Of a DNA stretch of 64,000 nt, positions 10,892 to 18,756 are shown in pieces. The DNA comes from Candidatus Cloacimonadales bacterium (GTDB lineage: Bacteria > Cloacimonadota > Cloacimonadia > Cloacimonadales > JAIOQZ01): NCBI GenBank assembly GCA_963674825.1, contig OY771587.1, positions 2,560,001-2,624,000 of the forward strand, written 5' to 3'. Position 1 is the first letter of the stretch; every line of letters begins with the position of its first letter. Position numbers and translations under genes: made by a program. Under the pieces are notes generated by a model that did not search any database, was not told the DNA's origin, and was given only the letters and a program-made list of their open reading frames with translations.

Positions 10892-12381
10892 TACTCTTTT
10901 CTCCTCAAACGACTATTCAGAATGCCCAACCCCTCGCGGTATTTCGCGATCACGCGTCGTGATACGCTGATGCCTCGCTCCTTGAGGATATTCGCGATAT
11001 CTTGATCACTGATCGGCTTACGCTTGTCCTCATTCTCGATCATTTCGCGAATATTCCGCTCGACGAGTTGACGCGAGACGGCGTCGTAGTTCTTGTCCTT
11101 GCCGGCGGTAGATGTGAAAAAGTCTTTCAAGCACATCACGCCGAATGGCGTATCCGCATATTTGGAGCGTACGACGCGGGATATGGTCGATTCATTCACC
11201 TGGAGTTCCGCCGCGATGGTGGAGTAGGTAAGTGGTTCGAGGATTCCGGTTTCGTTGTAGAAGAATTGACGCTGATGCTGGATGATGGAGCGCATCACCC
11301 TCTCAAGGGTACGGTTGCGCATATACATCGATTTAATGAGAAACTTTGCCGAATTGATTTTGCTTCTCACGTAGTTCAGCGCGTCGCGATCCTTGCCCAT
11401 GTTTTTAATGATATCGCGATAACGGCGACTGATGATGATATTCGGCATGAAGGCGTCGTTGATGATCAATTCATATTCGTTGTCGATCTTCTTGATGATC
11501 ACATCCGGAACCATGTAGTTAGTCTCGCTGGTGACAAGGCGCAATCCCGGCTTGGGGTCGAGTACGGATATTTCTTCTTTAATTTCCAGAACCGCATCGA
11601 CTGTGATCCGGTACTTGGAAGCTATATTTTGATATCGTCTGTGGATGAGGTCGCAGAAATCTTCCTGAATGATTCCCGACAGAATTGGGTTTTCAAGCTG
11701 ATCGGGAGTAAGCTGCGCCATCAGGCATTCGGGAATGTTTCGCGCGGTTATGCCGGCCGGATCGAGGTGCAATACTATCTCGTGAATTTCGTCAGCGCGG
11801 TCGGGCTCGATGCCGTATTCGGAAGCCAGGCTGTAGATGTTGAAATCTTCTGCCAGATACCCGTGCGCGTTGGCAGTGTCGATCAAGTCGGTAGCGTAAT
11901 CGTGTTCATCTTCTGTCAGTTCGAAGTTATCGAGCTGATCGAGGTAGTCCTGTTTTTTGTCTTCCTGGATGCGGAGTGTGTTTTCATGATCGACCTCTTC
12001 AGGGCCATCACGGAAAGACATGCGCTCGTCCGTATGGTAGTCGTTCCAGGTATCCAGAATCTCACTGAGCTCTTTCGCTTCGTCGATGGTCTCTTTCAGA
12101 TCCTCGGTGTTGCTCTCCGTAACGGACTCGATATCCGTATCGGGCTCAAAATCCTGGTCGGATTCTTTCGATTCAGCGTTTTCTTTTTTCTCTGCTTCCG
12201 TTTCGTGGGACTCATCCTCTTCCTGCATTTCGAGCATCGGATTGGTAATCAATTCGTGCTTCATATGCATTTCGAGCTCGAGGATGGGCAGAGAAAGCAG
12301 GTGGAGCGACTGAAGCATTTTCGGCCTTAGCTCAAGCCGTTGCTCCTGCTTCTGTGATAGGATTTGTTGTATTCGTGCCAT
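10891..12381 (-). CDS. rpoN: RNA polymerase sigma-54 factor
   Basis: Gln/Leu-rich region I, ESTISRVVRSKY HTH and RpoN box SRRVIAKYRE; ATG 12381 (alternative TTG 12399). Confidence 0.97.
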   Translation of the reverse strand: MARIQQILSQKQEQRLELRPKMLQSLHLLSLPILELEMHMKHELITNPMLEMQEEDESHETEAEKKENAESKESDQDFEPDTDIESVTESNTEDLKETIDEAKELSEILDTWNDYHTDERMSFRDGPEEVDHENTLRIQEDKKQDYLDQLDNFELTEDEHDYATDLIDTANAHGYLAEDFNIYSLASEYGIEPDRADEIHEIVLHLDPAGITARNIPECLMAQLTPDQLENPILSGIIQEDFCDLIHRRYQNIASKYRITVDAVLEIKEEISVLDPKPGLRLVTSETNYMVPDVIIKKIDNEYELIINDAFMPNIIISRRYRDIIKNMGKDRDALNYVRSKINSAKFLIKSMYMRNRTLERVMRSIIQHQRQFFYNETGILEPLTYSTIAAELQVNESTISRVVRSKYADTPFGVMCLKDFFTSTAGKDKNYDAVSRQLVERNIREMIENEDKRKPISDQDIANILKERGISVSRRVIAKYREGLGILNSRLRRKE

Positions 12382-12391
12382 AATTACTTCA

Positions 12392-13132
12392 TTATTCAAA
12401 AATCGGATTTAAAAAACGATCTCCGAGATAAACCTCTCTTGCCCTTTCGCTGTTTACCAGCTCTTTCGATGTTCCGGATAACAAAATTTCTCCATTGAAA
12501 ATAATATAAGCTCTCTGCGTGATTTTCAAAGTATCAAGTACGTTGTGATCCGTAATCAGAATCCCAATGCCTCGATCCTGCAATTTGATGATGATATCCT
12601 GAATATCCGCAACTGCCAGCGGGTCCACGCCTGCAAAGGGTTCGTCCATCAGGATAAACGACGGATTCGTGACCAGCGAACGAGTGATCTCCAGCTTTCT
12701 TCGTTCACCGCCGGAGAGTGTGTATGCCTTCTGCTTCGCCAGCTTTGTAAGGTTCAGTTCGGCAAGGTATTCTTCGCATTTGGCACGACGTTCCTTGCGC
12801 GGCATCTTCATCGTTTCCAGGATGGCCATGATGTTCTCCTCTACCGTCAGTTTGTGGAAGATCGAGGGAGCCTGTGCCAGGTATCCGATTCCGAGTTGCG
12901 CTCGCTTGTACATCGGTTTGCGCGTAATGTCCAGGTCGTTGAAATAGATGTTTCCTGCGTTTGCTTTTGCCAATCCGAGTATGATGTAGAATGTCGTCGA
13001 TTTTCCAGCGCCGTTCGGCCCAAGAATTCCGACAACCTCTCCCTGCTCGATCTCGAGGCTGATTTCCGTCAACACCCGGCGTTTGCCGTAAAATTTAACC
13101 AACTTTTCAGCGCGAATCCTGTTTTTTTCCAT
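12392..13132 (-). CDS. lptB: LPS export ABC transporter ATPase
   Basis: GPNGAGKST, LSGGERRKLEI, DEPFAGVDP and ITDHNV motifs; lptC-lptA-lptB-rpoN synteny. Confidence 0.96.
   Translation of the reverse strand: MEKNRIRAEKLVKFYGKRRVLTEISLEIEQGEVVGILGPNGAGKSTTFYIILGLAKANAGNIYFNDLDITRKPMYKRAQLGIGYLAQAPSIFHKLTVEENIMAILETMKMPRKERRAKCEEYLAELNLTKLAKQKAYTLSGGERRKLEITRSLVTNPSFILMDEPFAGVDPLAVADIQDIIIKLQDRGIGILITDHNVLDTLKITQRAYIIFNGEILLSGTSKELVNSERAREVYLGDRFLNPIFE
12501..12529 (-). promoter_or_regulatory. Candidate sigma70 promoter for rpoN inside the 3' end of lptB
   Basis: Minus strand TTGAAA (12529-12524) - 17 nt - TATTAT (12506-12501), in a locally AT-rich patch. Confidence 0.5.
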
Positions 13133-13249
13133 TCCGTGTTTCCCATCTACATATGCATTATGAAATAACTACTGTCAACCGATATTTCACGAAAACTCGA
13201 AGTAACTGCTCGAGTCCCTTCACTTCGCCAGCTTTTTACTCAAGGGAGG

Positions 13250-14329
13250 CTACTTCTCCTCAAACCGATACGTGCCGGAGACATGCTTCTTCATCTCGAT
13301 CAATTCGATCTTGTTATCGTCGCCAAGCGTTATACGCATGATCTCGCCGATCGCCATGTTCTCGAAGTATTCCTTGTCTTGCTGGTGTTCTTGTTTGATG
13401 TGTGAGGTGATGTTCCCTTCGGCCTGGAAGCTTCGTATGCGACTTTTGTCGTCGAAGAAAAATCGCATAATATCGCTGGTGATACGGTTGTTCTTTTCCT
13501 GATTTTCACCTGCGGCGAAGAAAATGCGGCTCGAATCGATGAATGTCGCGTGATCGAGTTTATTGTCCTCGAAAAAGAGGTGAAACTCTCTCGCGAAGCC
13601 ATCGGCCGATTCGGTGTGAAACTCCGGTTTCCCTGTGAAAATCGCTTCTCCCTTCTCCGTGTAATAGATCAGGAAGTCGCTCATAGCGCGGTAGTCCTTC
13701 GATTCGGTTACCACGTCGAACATCGCCACCAGCTTCTGCTGATCGCGGTAATATTCCATCTTCTGCGAGCTGACTCGCATCGAGTCTTTTCCGGTGCGAT
13801 AGACCACCGGGTTCATGATCATGTAGCCGTAGCCGGTATTGATGTCGTAATCAATACGTCCGGCCTCTGCATGGAGACTGTCACGGGTATCCCAGGCTTT
13901 TACAAAACCGCTGGCCTGTACCTTGCCCATCTCGCGATACCAGTCCACACGATCGGCACGAACGATCTGTCGTGTATTGTCAGAGCGTTCCACCGTAAGT
14001 CGAACTCCGCCCTGGAGCTCCAGCTTGTCGTCTTTCCGATAATATACTGCCTGATCCGCCGTGAGGGTGAGGGTGTCTTCCACCACTTTCACCTTCTCGA
14101 TGAGATAGACGATCTTCTGTTCGTCCAGAATCCTGGCGCTCCGTGCGTAAAATTCAGTAGTACCGTAGAAAAAGTGGACATTTCCCTTTAATTCGCTGAC
14201 GTATTCGGTATCTTTTTTCACCGCAAGCAGCGAATCGGCGTGATCCAGCCGGTAGGGTCGCAGTTCTTCCTCGGCAAAGAGAGAAAAGGTTATCGCAACC
14301 AGCAGCAGGATCAGAAGGAGCCTATTCAT
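13250..14329 (-). CDS. lptA: LptA/OstA-like beta-jellyroll LPS transport protein (extended)
   Basis: Signal peptide MNRLLLILLLVAITFSLFA, repeated G.V/ADxxxY jellyroll strands, position between lptC and lptB. Confidence 0.75.
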   Translation of the reverse strand: MNRLLLILLLVAITFSLFAEEELRPYRLDHADSLLAVKKDTEYVSELKGNVHFFYGTTEFYARSARILDEQKIVYLIEKVKVVEDTLTLTADQAVYYRKDDKLELQGGVRLTVERSDNTRQIVRADRVDWYREMGKVQASGFVKAWDTRDSLHAEAGRIDYDINTGYGYMIMNPVVYRTGKDSMRVSSQKMEYYRDQQKLVAMFDVVTESKDYRAMSDFLIYYTEKGEAIFTGKPEFHTESADGFAREFHLFFEDNKLDHATFIDSSRIFFAAGENQEKNNRITSDIMRFFFDDKSRIRSFQAEGNITSHIKQEHQQDKEYFENMAIGEIMRITLGDDNKIELIEMKKHVSGTYRFEEK

Positions 14330-14885
14330 CGGGCAGTTCGCCTTTTTCGATCCTGCCTGAGCCGGTGACGTTGATCGAACGCAGTTCGCGGAAACTGGTG
14401 TCGGTTTGCATGTTCTGTCCATGGAAGATATTCTCGCCGCGGATGATCGTCACTTCTCCGCTGGCGAAGATAGCGTCGGTGTTACGATCCCATACCAGGT
14501 GCTCCGTCTTGAGGCTGTCGTTCTCGTCGTTTACGATGATTACATTGCCCTCTGCGGTGAGTTCGTTTTTAACGTCGTCCATGATAGCCTTTCGGCTGGT
14601 GAGTACCGAACGGAGCGCTCCGTTCTCGTCATAAGACTCAACCCGTACAGTGTCCGCATCGAGTAAGCGGCTGTTGTAAAAGCGTTGGATATGCCTGGCG
14701 TTGAGGATGTATTCGACAGTATTATTCTTCATGGAAACGATACGAACCGAATCGGATTGTTCGTCCGCAACGCCGGGTTGCGGATCGAAGGTGGCTGGTT
14801 CTTCCTGAGCACAGCCGATCAGCACGAAGCCGAAGAGGCTACTGAGCCATAAAGCGATCAAGAAGTGTCTGGACAGCTTCTTCAT
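14322..14885 (-). CDS. lptC: LPS export periplasmic protein LptC (lipoprotein-type)
   Basis: LIGC lipobox-like N-terminus, L.TE.L.WD motif, kdsC-lptC-lptA synteny. Confidence 0.8.
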   Translation of the reverse strand: MKKLSRHFLIALWLSSLFGFVLIGCAQEEPATFDPQPGVADEQSDSVRIVSMKNNTVEYILNARHIQRFYNSRLLDADTVRVESYDENGALRSVLTSRKAIMDDVKNELTAEGNVIIVNDENDSLKTEHLVWDRNTDAIFASGEVTIIRGENIFHGQNMQTDTSFRELRSINVTGSGRIEKGELPDE

Positions 14886-15366
14886 ACCGGCCTTGCTCTT
14901 TCAAAATCCATTCTATGAATTCGCGAACTGCGCCTTTTCCGCCGTCGCGAGAAGTTACGATATCTACTTTTGCCTGCACATCCGGAAACGCGTCAGCCGG
15001 AGTCGCAGAGATCGCGGCTTTGTCCAGCATAGGCATGTCGTTCCAGTCGTCGCCCATGGCGGCGACGTTGTCCCAGGTGAGTCCGAGTGAACCGATAAGT
15101 TCGTCGGCAACGCGCAGTTTGTGTCGTACCTGCTGATAGAGGTGCGTGATGCCGATGTCTGCACAGCGCTGTTCGAGCAAATCACTTCTCCTGCCTGTGA
15201 TCACAGCCACCTCGATACCGAGGTTGAGGATCATACGCAAGCCGAGGCCGTCCTTCGCGTTGAAGTTCTTGGTCTCGATCCGTTGCTCGTTATAGATGAT
15301 TCCACCGTCGGTAAGCACGCCGTCGCAATCTAAAATGATCAGTTTTATATTTTTAGGGTCTTTCAT
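14839..15366 (-). CDS. kdsC: KDO 8-phosphate phosphatase (HAD)
   Basis: LDCDGVLTDG, KDGLG, ITGR, GDDWND and GGKGAVRE motifs. Confidence 0.93.
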   Translation of the reverse strand: MKDPKNIKLIILDCDGVLTDGGIIYNEQRIETKNFNAKDGLGLRMILNLGIEVAVITGRRSDLLEQRCADIGITHLYQQVRHKLRVADELIGSLGLTWDNVAAMGDDWNDMPMLDKAAISATPADAFPDVQAKVDIVTSRDGGKGAVREFIEWILKEQGRYEEAVQTLLDRFMAQ

Positions 15367-15386
15367 TGTAAAATCCTTTGGCACCG

Positions 15387-15414
15387 ATAATGCATTGGGT
15401 TCTCAAGGCGTCAA
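15387..15414 (-). promoter_or_regulatory. Candidate sigma70 promoter of the kdsC-lpt-rpoN operon
   Basis: Minus strand TTGACG - 16 nt - CATTAT, just upstream of the AAGGA RBS and ATG 15366. Confidence 0.45.
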
Positions 15415-15643
15415 TGTTTATTTCTTTTGAAGCTCAACTTCTCTGTGTGCAGGTCTGGGTCTTGCTGATTTGCGGCGATAGTAAGGTGGATATGGGTGAA
15501 AGGGTTCGGAGTAAAACGGGAGTACTCGACTTCTGGGCGAGCTTCCTGGAAAAGCTGTCGGGACAGGGTAAAACGAAAACCGGTTGACAGAATTTCCACA
15601 CGCAACAATCTAAAACTTCAGATTATCCAACAAGGAGAAAACG

Positions 15644-15970
15644 ATGTTCCCAGGTGGAAAAAAAGGTATGAACGACCTGATGAAGCAGGCGAAGAAAATG
15701 CAACAGGACCTTATGAAGGCCCAGGAAGAGCTTGCAAACAAGGAAGTGGAAGCAACCTCTGGTGGCGGCATGGTTACTGTCGTCATGAACGGAAAATACG
15801 ACCTCAAGTCACTCAAGATATCCCCGGAAGCGGTTGATCCTGACGACGTGGAAATGCTCGAAGACCTCATCATCGCGGCGTTCCGCGAATGCGTCGATAA
15901 GATTTCCCGCAGCAGCGAAAGCGAGATGTCCAAGCTGACCGGCGGAATGAATATCCCCGGCCTGTTCTAA
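15644..15970 (+). CDS. ybaB: YbaB/EbfC nucleoid-associated protein
   Basis: MKQAKKMQ, SGGGMVTV and DVEMLEDLIIAA motifs; upstream of recR. Confidence 0.95.
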   Translation: MFPGGKKGMNDLMKQAKKMQQDLMKAQEELANKEVEATSGGGMVTVVMNGKYDLKSLKISPEAVDPDDVEMLEDLIIAAFRECVDKISRSSESEMSKLTGGMNIPGLF

Positions 15971-15974
15971 AACA

Positions 15975-16571
15975 ATGCTCGAAGAGGTTTTACAATCGCT
16001 GATCGACAGCTTGAAAAAGCTGCCAGGCATCGGAACTCGTACCGCGCAGCGGATGGCGTTGCAGATGGTCAGTGGTTCCCGAGAGAACGCGCTGGAGCTC
16101 TCCGACTGTATCCGAAGCGCTGTTGAATCGATCACCACATGCAGCCAGTGCAACATGCTTACGCCCAGCGATCCGTGCGGTTATTGTACTGATCCGAGGC
16201 GCGACGATAAGTTCCTCTGTATCGTGGAGACGGCAGCCGACGTGCTCGCCATCGAGCGTTTGCACGAGTTTCGGGGGCGCTATTTCGTTCTTGGACGCCT
16301 GCTCTCGCCGATCGAAGGCATCGGCCCGGACGAGATTCACATCCCGCAACTACTCGCGCAACTGAAGCGACTGGAGCCGGAAGAGGTCGTCCTGGCGCTG
16401 AATCCCTCCACGGAAGGAGAAGCAACCATGGAATACATCGCGACCATGCTCCGCAATCGCGGTGTTGGCGCAACCCGGCTTTCGACCGGTATTCCCTTTG
16501 GCGGAGACCTCGAATACACCAGTCCCGTAACGCTCAGCACCGCCTTCAAGCGCCGGTTCCGGATGGATTGA
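15975..16571 (+). CDS. recR: Recombination mediator RecR
   Basis: LPGIGTRTAQR HhH, C4 zinc finger and Toprim motif EGEAT. Confidence 0.97.
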   Translation: MLEEVLQSLIDSLKKLPGIGTRTAQRMALQMVSGSRENALELSDCIRSAVESITTCSQCNMLTPSDPCGYCTDPRRDDKFLCIVETAADVLAIERLHEFRGRYFVLGRLLSPIEGIGPDEIHIPQLLAQLKRLEPEEVVLALNPSTEGEATMEYIATMLRNRGVGATRLSTGIPFGGDLEYTSPVTLSTAFKRRFRMD

Positions 16572-17203
16572 TGTTCACCGGAATCGTCGAGGAAACCGGG
16601 ACGATCCAGCGGATCGAGAACAAAGGCGCGAAGCGGTTCTTCACTATCGGCTGCAAGGTCGTTAATACAGGCGTTAAGCTCGGTGACAGCATAAGCTGCG
16701 ATGGAGCCTGCCTGACGGTTATAAGGTTCGATAGTAGCTCCATTACCGTTGAAGCTATGCAGGAAACGCTGAGCAAGACCACTGCGGGTGACTGGCGTCA
16801 GGGGCGCGTCCTCAATCTTGAGCGTGCCATGATGAGCGGCGGAAGGTTTGACGGGCACATTGTTCAGGGGCACGTCGATTGTCATGTCCGGGTGCTTTCG
16901 TCCGAGACGCAGCGTGACACGCGATACCTGGAAATCATGTTGCCGTCCGAATACAGTAAGCTGGTCGTTCCGCAAGGATCCATCGCGATCAACGGTGTCA
17001 GTCTGACCATCGCGAAGCTCAATGCTTCATCCGTGACTGTCGCCTTGATCGGACATACGCTGGAGATGACCAACCTGCGACTGCTGAAGACAGGCGATTC
17101 GGTCAATGTGGAATACGACATCCTCGGCAAATACATCGCGAGATACTTTGACCGGCAGTCCACCGGTATCACAGAGGAGTGGTTGATTGAAAAAGGTTTT
17201 TAG
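16571..17203 (+). CDS. ribE: Riboflavin synthase alpha chain
   Basis: N-terminal MFTGIVEE, GACLTV, GHIVQGHVD and GVSLT motifs. Confidence 0.96.
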   Translation: MFTGIVEETGTIQRIENKGAKRFFTIGCKVVNTGVKLGDSISCDGACLTVIRFDSSSITVEAMQETLSKTTAGDWRQGRVLNLERAMMSGGRFDGHIVQGHVDCHVRVLSSETQRDTRYLEIMLPSEYSKLVVPQGSIAINGVSLTIAKLNASSVTVALIGHTLEMTNLRLLKTGDSVNVEYDILGKYIARYFDRQSTGITEEWLIEKGF

Positions 17204-18494
17204 CGCTTCGGCATCGATCATCGCGATGTTGCTATTTACGCTCCTACTGAGCAATTGCGGCAGCGATGGCTCTCCTTCCGGCGGACCGAAAGACACCGTT
17301 AAGCCAACGATCGTGAATGTCGATCCGGGTGAATACGAATCCATCGCGTCCGGCGATATCGAAATAACCTTCAGCAAGCCCATCGACCGCGCCACTGTAT
17401 TGACCGGCATTCATATCTACCCGGCAATCCTGAAGAAGAAATTCCGCTGGCCCGACGGCAATACGCTCGGTATTCGAATCTACGAAAAGCTGGAAGAGGA
17501 TACCAACTACTACATCATGTTCAGTAAAGAGATCAAAGGGATGCATGGCAACCCGCTCGATCAGGATTATCTCTACACTTTCAGCAGCGGAGAATTGCAG
17601 CGCTTGCGCTTGTCCGGCAATATCGAATACGAGAGACCGGGCGACATGGGCAGGCCAATTTCTTTTTCGCTCTTTGACGCCGATACGGTCAATGTCTATA
17701 AGACGGTCTTAACCGGCTCCAACTATGTATTGGAAAACCTCAATCCTGGTGGCTATGTCCTCGAGTCGTTCATCGATCTGTCCGGGAACAATAAATACGA
17801 CTATGGTACTGAGCCCTGGTTCCGGCAGGAGATTTCGCTCGATGGCAATATGACACTCGACTGGCAGATGGCATATGAAGACAGCCTGGCCCCGTCATTT
17901 GCCGATGTAAAAGCGCTCTCCGCGTCTCAGCTTCTGGTCAAGCTGAGCGAACCGCTTCAGGATTTTACTTCGATCCGAATCGAAGCGCAGGACTCGCTTC
18001 GTACCGAGCTTCCCATCATCGAATACAACGTTTTCGAGGACACCCTACACATCCTGACAAGCGCGCAGGATACGCTCAAATACAAGCTCGAAGCCCTTGG
18101 AATGCGTGACCTCAAGGACAACTTCAGCGAGATCGATTCCATCTTCTTCCAGGGCAAAGCAAGGCCCGATTCGACCGCTCCGCGCGTCGTTAAGACGATT
18201 CCGCGAAATGGTACTTCTATCACGACCCGCATGCCCGAGATTCAGATACGATTCTCGGAAATGATTCTGACAAAAGACATTCATCTCAGCATGCAGTGTG
18301 TTGAGACCGGTGACAAAATCGGAGTGGAGGTGGTTGAGGGTAATTCGAGCAGATACGTGGTCAAGCCGTCGCAGGAATTGACCAACTATAATACGTACAT
18401 TCTCACCATTGAGAAAATCACATCCGATCCAGCCGGAAACAGCATGGCTCAGCCCGTGGATGTTTCCATGATTCCAATTGTGAAAGAAGAGTAG
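17187..18494 (+). CDS. Ig-like (Big_5) domain lipoprotein, Bacteroidota-type
   Basis: TTG start with GAGGAG RBS; lipoprotein Cys then SPSGGPKDTVKP; two D..AP/P.V...P...I.I.FSE/K Big_5-like repeats. Confidence 0.7.
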   Translation: MKKVFSASASIIAMLLFTLLLSNCGSDGSPSGGPKDTVKPTIVNVDPGEYESIASGDIEITFSKPIDRATVLTGIHIYPAILKKKFRWPDGNTLGIRIYEKLEEDTNYYIMFSKEIKGMHGNPLDQDYLYTFSSGELQRLRLSGNIEYERPGDMGRPISFSLFDADTVNVYKTVLTGSNYVLENLNPGGYVLESFIDLSGNNKYDYGTEPWFRQEISLDGNMTLDWQMAYEDSLAPSFADVKALSASQLLVKLSEPLQDFTSIRIEAQDSLRTELPIIEYNVFEDTLHILTSAQDTLKYKLEALGMRDLKDNFSEIDSIFFQGKARPDSTAPRVVKTIPRNGTSITTRMPEIQIRFSEMILTKDIHLSMQCVETGDKIGVEVVEGNSSRYVVKPSQELTNYNTYILTIEKITSDPAGNSMAQPVDVSMIPIVKEE

Positions 18495-18756
18495 CTTTTC
18501 AACTCTCGTAGACTGGCAATTGTGCCAGAATCAACTTTTTTCTACCTTTACGTTCCCCCAACCGCATCTTTACCCTATACGCATAACCGGTTGTAAGAAA
18601 ACCTGATGGTGCAGAAGATATTGGTTGAATGCCCCTCAATTGTATAGAAGCGATTCTGAGAAAAAAATAAAAAAATTGACAGCATCCATACGAGAAAGCA
18701 GAAATTAGTATTTTGTTGTGATTCCTTAATGAACAATGCACGGATGGTGGTTCGAG

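Noticed and set aside
11002..12330. Long antisense ORFs (11002-12330, 19582-20655, 32045-33436, 61247-62221, 62712-63749 and others)
   Set aside because: They lie opposite well-supported genes, lack recognisable motifs and are expected from codon bias
15415..15643. Possible SRP RNA (ffs) upstream of ybaB-recR
   Set aside because: No conserved SRP helix-8 motif (CAGG..GNRA..AGCAG) seen on either strand; the region is explained by divergent promoters
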